Shown piece after piece: positions 18,890-26,166 of a stretch of DNA of 26,166 nucleotides. The translations under genes and the position numbers were made by a program. A model generated the notes under the pieces. That model saw nothing but the letters and a program-made list of their open reading frames with translations, did no database searches and was not told where the DNA came from. This DNA is from Planctomycetota bacterium (lineage in GTDB: Bacteria > Planctomycetota > SZUA-567 > H5-PLA8). The DNA lies in assembly GCA_045863855.1 (NCBI GenBank), contig BTVV01000084.1, positions 1 to 26,166 of the forward strand, in the 5' to 3' direction. Numbering within the stretch: the stretch's first letter is position 1; each line of letters begins with the position of its first letter.

Positions 18890-19954
18890 GTGCTGGCAAA
18901 CGAAATCGCGCCTCGCGCACTGGCCGACCTGGTACGGTACGGGTACTGGCCTGGACAAGAGCGTATTGTGGACGCTTACGGGCGCGTCGTCACCTACCTA
19001 CGCGTCTCGTTGACAGACCGCTGCAATCTTCGTTGCTTGTACTGCATGCCACCCGAAGGGATTCCCTGGCTTCCGTGCATGGACCTACTTTCGTTCGAGG
19101 AGATTGTCGCGATTGTCGAAGCGGCGGCGGCTTGTGGCGTGACCAAGGTTCGCCTGACCGGTGGCGAGCCGCTGGTGCGCAAGGATCTCCCTAACCTGAT
19201 CGGACGAATTGCTCGATTGCCAGGTATTGAAGACCTGGCACTGACGACAAACGGCGTGCTTCTGGCTTCCTGCGCTCAAGACTTAGCGCATGCGGGGTTA
19301 CGGCGAGTGAATGTTTCGCTCGATACGCTGGAGCCGGAGAAGTTCCGACGCATTACGCGGCTGGGTCATCTGGGCGAGGTGCTGAAGGGCCTCGAAGCCG
19401 CCGCTGATGCGGGTCTGGCGCCACTTAAGGTCAACACCGTAATTATGGGCGGCTTGAACGACAAGGAAGCGCCTGATTTGGCGGGCCTTACCGTCAAGCG
19501 CGATCTGGAAGTCCGTTTTATCGAGTACATGCCATTGGATGAGTCCGGAGGCTGCACTAGGACTGGAGATGCGATTGAGTTCGTGCCCAGCGCGACCACG
19601 CGCGAATACATCGAGTCGGTCTTGGGACCCCTGCAACCGCTTCCGTCGCAGGGGGAGTACGACGGCCCGGCGTTACGCTTCCGAATCCCTGGCGCCCGGG
19701 GCAGCATCGGTTTCATAGGCGCGATGAGCGTCCCGTTCTGCGAACGCTGCAATCGTTTGCGACTGACTGCGAACGGGGAACTGCGAAGCTGTCTGCTTGA
19801 TGGCGGTGTCGTAGACGTCAGGTCCATTTTAAGAAGCGGGGGAGGCCGGAACGCAGTGATTGCCGCGTTGCGCCGAACCGCAGAGCTGAAGCCAAAGGTA
19901 CATCAGTACTTGGCTGGCGCATTTCACGGAGCCATGAGCCGGATCGGAGGATAA
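18890..19954 (+). CDS. moaA: GTP 3',8-cyclase (molybdenum cofactor biosynthesis)
   Basis: DAYGR..YLRVSLTDRCNLRCLYCMP, KVRLTGGEPL, RFIEYMP, FCERCNRLRLTANG..RSCL, C-terminal MSRIGG; GGGAG before the GTG start. Confidence 0.95.
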   Translation: MLANEIAPRALADLVRYGYWPGQERIVDAYGRVVTYLRVSLTDRCNLRCLYCMPPEGIPWLPCMDLLSFEEIVAIVEAAAACGVTKVRLTGGEPLVRKDLPNLIGRIARLPGIEDLALTTNGVLLASCAQDLAHAGLRRVNVSLDTLEPEKFRRITRLGHLGEVLKGLEAAADAGLAPLKVNTVIMGGLNDKEAPDLAGLTVKRDLEVRFIEYMPLDESGGCTRTGDAIEFVPSATTREYIESVLGPLQPLPSQGEYDGPALRFRIPGARGSIGFIGAMSVPFCERCNRLRLTANGELRSCLLDGGVVDVRSILRSGGGRNAVIAALRRTAELKPKVHQYLAGAFHGAMSRIGG

Positions 19955-19980
19955 GTCCAAAATCCAGCCGGAATTGCCCG

Positions 19981-21099
19981 ATGCGATTGAAAGGAGAGCC
20001 CGTGCCGGATCTTCCATCTCTTGAGGACCTGGACCGAAATCCCTTCCTGGTCTTGTATGAGCTTACCCAAGCCTGCGATCTGGCTTGCCGACATTGCCGG
20101 GCAAGCGCGCAAGCGCTTCGTCATCCCGATGAGTTGACGGAAGAAGAGTCACGCCATTTCATTGATCAGTTGGCGGGCCTGTTTCCCCAGCCGCTCCTGG
20201 TCATGACGGGTGGAGATCCGTTCAAGCGCCCAGATCTGTATGCTTTGGTCCATCATGCCGTTCGTGCGGGCTTGCGGGTGGCGGTGACCCCCTCCGCCAC
20301 GGCGCAGGTGGACCGCTGGTCGCTCCTTCGCCTGCGAGATGAAGGCGTACGCCGATTGGCCGTGAGTATGGACGGTATCCGCGAGGCTACGCACGACGGC
20401 ATCCGAGGAGTCCCGGGAAGTATGGCGCGCACCCGGGAGATCGTTCAAATTGCACAGGAGATCGGCTTGCAGGTTCAGATCAACACCACCGTGTCCGTGC
20501 GCAATGTGGATGAATTGGAGGCCATGGCCGATTGCCTGGCTACCAGCGGCATCGTGCTCTGGTCCGTGTTTTTCCTCGTCCCGGTTGGACGCGGCGCCGT
20601 AGAGGAGCGCATTCCCGCCGCTCAATACGAGACCGTATTCGCGATGCTCTGGCGGAAGAGCCGGTTAGCACCTTTCGCGATCAAGACGACGGAAGCGCCT
20701 CACTTCCGCCGATTCGTGGCGCAGGCGCGGAACGGGAATGCGCGGGAGCCCCAAGCAACCGAAGCACGACCCCGGCCGCCTCTTGGCCTGAACGACGGGA
20801 AGGGCGTGGTTTTCGTGAGCCACACGGGTTTCATTTATCCCAGCGGATTTCTCCCCGTTTCCTGTGGCCGCGTTCCCCAAGATTCGCTACTGGAAGTCTA
20901 TCGTCATCACCCCGTATTCAGGGACCTGCGCGACCCGCGGCGGCTTAAAGGGAAGTGCGGCGTTTGCGAGTTCCGGGCGCTCTGCGGGGGCAGCCGTGCG
21001 CGCGCACATGCCGTAAGCGGCGATTACCTCGCGCCCGAGCCCGATTGCGTGTACCAGCCGGCGGCGTGGCAAGCCAAGGAGGGCGCATGCTTAACCTGA
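19981..21099 (+). CDS. Radical SAM/SPASM protein, AhbD-like (TIGR04053-type); candidate heme b synthase
   Basis: PFLVLYELTQACDLACRHCRASA, TGGDPF, WSVFFLVPVGRG, KTTEAPHFRR, NDGKG, IYPSGFLP, CGVCEFRALCGGSRARA...EPDCVY. Confidence 0.75.
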   Translation: MRLKGEPVPDLPSLEDLDRNPFLVLYELTQACDLACRHCRASAQALRHPDELTEEESRHFIDQLAGLFPQPLLVMTGGDPFKRPDLYALVHHAVRAGLRVAVTPSATAQVDRWSLLRLRDEGVRRLAVSMDGIREATHDGIRGVPGSMARTREIVQIAQEIGLQVQINTTVSVRNVDELEAMADCLATSGIVLWSVFFLVPVGRGAVEERIPAAQYETVFAMLWRKSRLAPFAIKTTEAPHFRRFVAQARNGNAREPQATEARPRPPLGLNDGKGVVFVSHTGFIYPSGFLPVSCGRVPQDSLLEVYRHHPVFRDLRDPRRLKGKCGVCEFRALCGGSRARAHAVSGDYLAPEPDCVYQPAAWQAKEGACLT

Positions 21100-22277
21100 G
21101 TCATCTCTTGTGTGGACAGCGCAGCGGAAGCGAGGAACTTCGGTATGGGCACGTTCGCACAGCGCAGAGTAGCGGGGACCCCCCTCGCCCCGTCGTGGTC
21201 TGGGCGCTCACCCAGACCTGTAACCTTAAGTGCGTGCATTGCTACGCCTCGGCGGCCTCGGCGCCGGCGCCGGACGAACTGTCGCTGCACGAAGGCTTTG
21301 CGTTGCTAGAAGATCTCAAAGCCTTCGGAGTGCCCGCCGTGCTATTCAGCGGGGGCGAGCCTCTCGCTCGCCCCGATGCACTCCAGTTGATTGGTTATGC
21401 GCGCCGCATCGGATTAAACGCCACTCTTTCGACCAACGGTCTACTGATAGATGACAAGATGGCGGACAGCCTTGCTGACCTGGATCTTCGCTATGTGGGC
21501 ATCAGCTTAGATGGACGCAAAGATGTACATGACAGGCTGCGCGGCATGCGGGGCGCGTTCGACGGAACGCAGGCAGGCATTCGCCGATGCCAGGAACGAG
21601 GTCTAAAGGTCGGCCTGCGTTTCACCGTGCACGCATTGAATCTTCAGGACCTTGATTTCATTTTCGATTTCTGTCTGGAGCAGGGCATTCAACGACTGTG
21701 TATCTACCATCTTGCCTACGCGGGGCGGGGAAAGCAGTTTCGTCGATACGACCTAGAACCGAACCGGTCGAGGAGCGTGGTTGAGCGGATCATGCATCGT
21801 GTCGTTCAAGCAATAACCGAGGGCCATAAGCTGGAGGTGCTTACCGTGGCTAACCATGCTGACGCGGCCATGGCACTGCTCTGGCTCGAACGCTATCGCC
21901 CCGAGAGGCTCGAGGAAGCTGAGCGGCTGCTTCGGGGAACGGGTGGGAACCGTTCCGGATGCCATATTGCTTCTATCGGGCCGCGTGGTTCTGTGCATTA
22001 CGATCAGTTCAGTTGGCATTACAGCGTTGGAAACGTGCGCCGGGAGCCGTTTAGCCAAATCTGGACCGAGGCGCGCGACCCTCGTATGGCCATATTAAGA
22101 GACCGCCAGGCTCACCTCCCCGCGCGCTGTCGGGCGTGCCGATTCCTGACGGTCTGTAACGGGAATCTCAGGACACGGGCCGAGTCTGCCACCGGCGATT
22201 GGTTAACACTTGATCCGGCCTGCTACCTCGATTCAGAGGAATGTGCAACAATCGAAAGTACTCACGTCTCGGAATAA
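21087..22277 (+). CDS. ahbC: AhbC/NirJ1-like radical SAM/SPASM protein (12,18-didecarboxysiroheme deacetylase-like)
   Basis: AAGGAGG RBS, ATG at 21087 overlapping the upstream gene; LCG...LRYG, PVVVW.LT..CNLKCVHCY, YVGISLDG, KVGLRFT, YHLAYAGRG, NHADA, DQF, CRACRFLTVCNGNLRTRA...DPACY. Confidence 0.8.
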   Translation: MLNLSHLLCGQRSGSEELRYGHVRTAQSSGDPPRPVVVWALTQTCNLKCVHCYASAASAPAPDELSLHEGFALLEDLKAFGVPAVLFSGGEPLARPDALQLIGYARRIGLNATLSTNGLLIDDKMADSLADLDLRYVGISLDGRKDVHDRLRGMRGAFDGTQAGIRRCQERGLKVGLRFTVHALNLQDLDFIFDFCLEQGIQRLCIYHLAYAGRGKQFRRYDLEPNRSRSVVERIMHRVVQAITEGHKLEVLTVANHADAAMALLWLERYRPERLEEAERLLRGTGGNRSGCHIASIGPRGSVHYDQFSWHYSVGNVRREPFSQIWTEARDPRMAILRDRQAHLPARCRACRFLTVCNGNLRTRAESATGDWLTLDPACYLDSEECATIESTHVSE

Positions 22278-22556
22278 CGTCGGTTCACCTTAAGATCCGA
22301 TGGCTTTGAGTCATTCCGGATTGCCACTGCGCTAGGTTCTGTCCCGAAAGTGGGTGAGAAGAAGCACGAATTAGCGTGGTTGCATACCGCAATCCAGTGC
22401 AAGCCAGATCGACGTACTGATTTTTTCAATGGTACGGTGTTTCCAGCAATGCGTGAAATTCGGCTGAAGCGGGAGAATGTAATCCCACCTGCCTCAAACA
22501 ACGGTGGATCGCGCGAGGCGACTTATTGAGAAATGTCTATGATGCAGCAGAGGGCA

Positions 22557-22578
22557 GATGACCTAAGTTTAGTTCATC
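22557..22578. promoter_or_regulatory. Putative operator palindrome upstream of the CMD-like gene
   Basis: GATGACCTAA-GT-TTAGTTCATC (9 of 10 positions symmetric), between a TATGAT (22538-22543) and the GAGGAG RBS. Confidence 0.35.
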
Positions 22579-22598
22579 AAGCATTGAGGAGACCTCCG

Positions 22599-22955
22599 AT
22601 GGGTAGACGAACGTCGCCGCTTCCCCGCCGCTACCTGGAAGCCCAAACGCGGTTTCCGCGGGTGCTTGAGGCATACGAACAGTTCGGTAAGGCGCTCGAA
22701 ACCGCGGGACCGCTTAGCAAGCGCGATCAGCGATTGGTGAAGCTTGGGCTTGCTTTTGGCGCCAAACTGGAAGGCGCGAGTCATTCCGCCGTCCGAAAAG
22801 GTATGGATGTGGGTCTAGCTCCTCGCGAACTAGAACACGCGGCGCTGTTAGCTATGACCACCTTGGGATTTGCGCATGGAATGACTTGTCTTTGCTGGGT
22901 ACAGGATGTTTCTCAGAAAAGCGCAAAAGGAAAGCGCGTACGCGGCAATTCGTGA
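22599..22955 (+). CDS. Carboxymuconolactone decarboxylase (CMD/AhpD-like) family protein
   Basis: GAGGAG at 22586-22591, ATG at 22599 (ORF open from 22533); AGPLSKRDQRLVKLGLAFG...SHSAVRKG...ELEHAALLAMTTLGF; no AhpD CxxC. Confidence 0.8.
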   Translation: MGRRTSPLPRRYLEAQTRFPRVLEAYEQFGKALETAGPLSKRDQRLVKLGLAFGAKLEGASHSAVRKGMDVGLAPRELEHAALLAMTTLGFAHGMTCLCWVQDVSQKSAKGKRVRGNS

Positions 22956-22956
22956 A

Positions 22957-22998
22957 GCTACGAGTGTCTGTACGGGGTTCCCCGGTCGTCCTCGTAGC
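22957..22998 (+). terminator. Stem-loop directly after the CMD-like gene
   Basis: Outer arms GCTACGAG/CTCGTAGC enclose CGGGG-TT-CCCCG; no U-tract. Confidence 0.35.
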
Positions 22999-23317
22999 CG
23001 ACGCGACCACTTTGAAGAGGAGACTGGCCGCGCACTTACTCTGCGGATCCCATTCTTTCAGCGCCTGCCTGCCGGCAAGCCCATCTCGTCCAAACAGATC
23101 CAACTCTGACTTCAAACGCTGAATCTCGAAGCGTGCGCATCACCACGCGCTTGAACTACGGGTCCAGAACTTCTGGTGACTGCCGCCCATGGGGACCGTT
23201 CGTTTACTGCGGCAGCAAGTCAAAAACGAAACTTTTTATTTTAATGGTTGGTGGTGGGAATTTCTGGGTGGGATGGTGTTGGCAAGGCGGCGAGGTCTGC
23301 GCGGTCGGGGTTACGGA

Positions 23318-23363
23318 TTACCGAATTAGGGCAGGAAGGCAAACTGTGACGGCAATTCGGTAA
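23318..23363. repeat. 10-bp perfect inverted repeat with 26-nt spacer
   Basis: TTACCGAATT (23318-23327) and AATTCGGTAA (23354-23363), about 40 nt beyond the lyase stop. Confidence 0.45.
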
Positions 23364-23405
23364 AGAAGGGTCGGAAAGTACGATCAGAGTGTGGGAAAGG
23401 ACAGG

Positions 23406-25733
23406 TCATGGCTGGCATCCCTCCTGTGCTGCCTTGCTGACCGGAGAAGCCTCGATCTTCGCTCCCGCGGCCGCAGCCGCTTTCAGGCTGACGCAGCCTC
23501 CGGCGCCGGAGGCCAGTTCCTGGGCCGCGTCGGCTACGGCGACCTTGATCTTTGCGTTCGGCCGCAGGCCGACGATCAGGTGCCGGCCGCTGCCTGCGGT
23601 CCCCTGCGGCGCGGCATAGGAGATGCCCGGCACCGCATCTTCGGCTGACTTGGGAAAGACGACCGTCCAGCCGCAGGTCTCCACGCCGACAGCCGTCTCG
23701 CTCTCGATGGCCAGCGCCGGCGGCGCAGGCGTTTCGTCCTCTGCATCCGCCACGCAGAACACATGGAGCAGGTAGTCCAGGGTTCGATCCGCAACCGGCC
23801 GCACCTCGATGCGCCAGGCGGCATCCGGCCGCCGGTCGTTGGCGTTGGGCTTGCCCGTAGGCGGCCAGTCCTGTTCTCCGGCCCAGTGCTCCTTGCCTGG
23901 GCCGCCAATGGCCTCGATCCGCGACTGCAATGGCCAGACGGTCCTGCCGTACAGCTTGCCGCCATTGTGCACCGCGGTGAAGAGGCTGCCCTCGATCTTC
24001 GGCTCAGCGACCGTATGCAGCAGGAAGCGCTTCTCGTACTCCGGCTTGACGCTCTCGATGCGGTCGAAGATCACGATGATCGGGTGCGACCACTTGGCAT
24101 CCTTCAGGTAGACGGCGTCCCGCTGGCAGAGCTTCACGACCTTGGGGTCGTACACCTTGCTGGCCTCGCCGGCCATGTAGGTGAAGCTGAGGTCGGGCGC
24201 GGCCTCGTAGCGGAATAGCCCGCGAATATCGGACTCGCCGCCAGGAACGATCTGCTCGAGCGTCCGTTTCCAGCCCTTGCCGGGCGGATAGTCGATCTGC
24301 CCGCCCGTCGCGGCGAGTCCCCCTCTGGCGGCAGGATTGCGCACCGTGATGCAGTTGTGGGCGAGCGTATTGTTGAGGAACGCCATGTTGGTGATGCCGA
24401 GCTTGCCCTGATCCACGGCCAGGTCGCCGCGATAATGGATCACGAAGCCGTTCTGGTCCTTGTGGCGGTGGTTGCCGCCGGAAAAGGGCACGGAGCGGAA
24501 CACGAAGTGGGTCGTCCGGTCATCCCAACGGTCCCGGCAGATCACGTTGCCGCAGCCGCGGAAGGCGCGGGAGGTCGGCAGATCATCGAGCGGCTTGGCC
24601 GGCACGGCATCGTCCCACCACAGCAGCTTGAGGAACCAGTTGAAGTTCTTCTCCTTCTCGGTGCCAAAGCCTATCTGTTCGTAGAACCAGCGCGCGTGCC
24701 CGTTCTTGAGGAAATGCGTCGCGTAGAGGCACTGGTGGCTGCGAATGGGCATGGTGCCGCCGTGGTCCTCCATGGGGGGGTACAGGCCGTCGCCGCGCAG
24801 GCCGTAGATGTACCACCAGGCCAGTTCGCCCATCCAGTCGTCCAGGAGCACGTCGTTCGTGCCGGTCGTCCAGGCCAGGTATTCGGTGTTGATCGTGTAG
24901 CCGCAGGTGTAGGAGCCCCAGCCCATGTAGAAGCCGCCGTCGCGGGCGATGTGCTCTTCGGTTCCGTACAGGCCGTGGATGTGATTGCGCACGTAGGCCA
25001 GCATCTCCGGGTTCTTGTAGTCCGGATAGGTCGCGATCAGCGCCGCGCCGAGGTCCAGCAGGCAGCTTCTGTCGTGGCCGCCCGTGTGGCCGGGGTTCTC
25101 GACCATCGGATGCCTGTACATTGCCTGCATGTGCTCGACCAGCCCGTCCAGCACGAGCTTGCGGTCCTCGGGCGTGAACTTGTCGTAGAGCCAGTCATAG
25201 ACATAGGCCATGCACCCCATGCGGGTGTGGATGAACGTGTCGCTGCCTCCAGGCACCTTGGTGCCGTCCGGCTTGATCTCCTTCCAGGGTGATATTCCGG
25301 CCATCTTCTTGGCCCAGGCGATGCACCAGTCGACGTATTTCCTTTCGCCGGTGATCAGCGCGGCCGCCGCCACATATTGCTGGTCCCATGCCCAGTTCTT
25401 GGGCCGGTCGAACTCCGGCTTGAGCTTCTGTATACCGTATGGGCCGTCGGCCTGTTCCAGGATGGCATCCCAGCATGGCTTGAGCGGTCCGGCTATGCGC
25501 TCCTTGATCCAGGACAGGTCCTGGGCGCGGAGCATCAGGCGCGGCCTGGTCTCCTGGATGCGGAATTTGCCTTCAGGCTGGATGAACTTGTGCGGCTTCT
25601 CGCCCTTGGAGAGCCACCAGCCGTCCGGACCGGGGTTGTAGGCGACCTCCGAGTCCGCGCCAGTCGCGGCGGTTGCGGCCACAACCAGTACGCACAACGA
25701 GAAGGCAACGCACCGGGAGCGACGGACGCTCAT
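23406..25733 (-). CDS. Secreted heparinase II/III-like polysaccharide lyase
   Basis: Sec-type signal peptide; RPRLML, YVYDWLY, DGGFYMGWGSY, NHRHKDQNGF..YRGDLAVDQG, NTLAHNCITV, IVIFDRIES...KRFLLHT, WRIEV; AAGGAG RBS. Confidence 0.8.
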   Translation of the reverse strand: MSVRRSRCVAFSLCVLVVAATAATGADSEVAYNPGPDGWWLSKGEKPHKFIQPEGKFRIQETRPRLMLRAQDLSWIKERIAGPLKPCWDAILEQADGPYGIQKLKPEFDRPKNWAWDQQYVAAAALITGERKYVDWCIAWAKKMAGISPWKEIKPDGTKVPGGSDTFIHTRMGCMAYVYDWLYDKFTPEDRKLVLDGLVEHMQAMYRHPMVENPGHTGGHDRSCLLDLGAALIATYPDYKNPEMLAYVRNHIHGLYGTEEHIARDGGFYMGWGSYTCGYTINTEYLAWTTGTNDVLLDDWMGELAWWYIYGLRGDGLYPPMEDHGGTMPIRSHQCLYATHFLKNGHARWFYEQIGFGTEKEKNFNWFLKLLWWDDAVPAKPLDDLPTSRAFRGCGNVICRDRWDDRTTHFVFRSVPFSGGNHRHKDQNGFVIHYRGDLAVDQGKLGITNMAFLNNTLAHNCITVRNPAARGGLAATGGQIDYPPGKGWKRTLEQIVPGGESDIRGLFRYEAAPDLSFTYMAGEASKVYDPKVVKLCQRDAVYLKDAKWSHPIIVIFDRIESVKPEYEKRFLLHTVAEPKIEGSLFTAVHNGGKLYGRTVWPLQSRIEAIGGPGKEHWAGEQDWPPTGKPNANDRRPDAAWRIEVRPVADRTLDYLLHVFCVADAEDETPAPPALAIESETAVGVETCGWTVVFPKSAEDAVPGISYAAPQGTAGSGRHLIVGLRPNAKIKVAVADAAQELASGAGGCVSLKAAAAAGAKIEASPVSKAAQEGCQP

Positions 25734-25784
25734 AGCTGTCTCCTTGCATGGGGGTCTGCCTCGGGCAGGTGCCTCAGGCGGCCG

Positions 25785-26117
25785 CTAATTCCCGAACTGG
25801 ATCGGCCCCCTCATGGCCTCCAGATCGATGATGTGCGTGGCTGGATGCCTGGTCTGCTTGCCAAAGCTGACGACGTCCTTGTCCACGCCGTTTTCCACGC
25901 TGACCGTGAAATCGTCCAGCCGCGTGATTTTCGGGTCCACATCGCCGGGCTTGACCACCGTGCTGTAGAGCGCCTGGGTGTCGAGCTTGATCAGCGACTC
26001 CTTGCTGATCATCTCGCCGGCCGCCGCCACACCTGTCGCAAATGTCGCACAGACAACGACCGCAGCGCCCCCCCGCCGAAACGCCTGGGCATGCTTCTTC
26101 CCCTCAGCATTCGTCAA
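25785..26117 (-). CDS. Small hypothetical exported protein
   Basis: 110-aa ORF with signal-like N-terminus (VVVCATFATGVAAA); GC-rich third positions like the adjacent lyase; TTG start uncertain. Confidence 0.45.
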   Translation of the reverse strand: MTNAEGKKHAQAFRRGGAAVVVCATFATGVAAAGEMISKESLIKLDTQALYSTVVKPGDVDPKITRLDDFTVSVENGVDKDVVSFGKQTRHPATHIIDLEAMRGPIQFGN

Positions 26118-26166
26118 CCCGTATGGATCCGTCAGGAACCTATAGCATGGATCTAGTCGCCTAGGC

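Noticed and set aside
20955..21086. Extension of the ahbC ORF
   Set aside because: Lies inside the upstream radical SAM gene; RBS and AhbC-like N-terminus begin at 21087.
19981..22277. RiPP maturase pair or heme d1 (nirJ) cluster
   Set aside because: No precursor peptide or PqqD-like gene and no nirS/nirF; motifs fit AhbC/AhbD-like proteins better.
22278..22530. Possible Moco riboswitch, gene fragment, or Fnr box (TTGCATACCGCAA)
   Set aside because: The riboswitch elements I would expect are not all present and it is downstream of moaA; the open frames have no recognisable family; box spacing is N7, not N8.

Overview
GC-rich bacterial DNA; the host cannot be identified from this window. A ~21.6 kb nitrogen-oxide respiration block (1332-22955) lies between a URO-D/MtaA-like gene and a secreted heparinase II/III-like lyase. 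Its core is a plus-strand operon (7271-22277) encoding a periplasmic, Tat-exported nitrite oxidoreductase/nitrate reductase of the anammox/Nitrospina/Nitrospira NXR type. Gene order: cupredoxin-like lipoprotein, membrane-anchored diheme-c/heme-b gamma subunit, nxrA, 117-aa unknown, nxrB, TorD-like chaperone, HExxH/Zn-ribbon unknown, NnrS-like protein flanked by ScdA_N/DUF1858-like domains, moaA, and two Ahb/NirJ-type radical SAM genes. An NnrR-type Crp/Fnr regulator is transcribed divergently from this operon. A flavin split-barrel gene and ric (ytfE/scdA) lie behind a near-perfect NnrR box with class II promoter spacing, and a ThDP 2-oxoacid decarboxylase plus a HemN-like gene run the other way. 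No quinol-oxidising subunit, NarK, Nir, Nor, integrase, RNA gene or CRISPR array is visible. The best candidate for a new system is a putatively NO-regulated NXR-type module with its own cofactor genes and two uncharacterised accessory proteins, in a host that looks like a polysaccharide degrader. All family calls come from reading motifs by eye; no database search was run.
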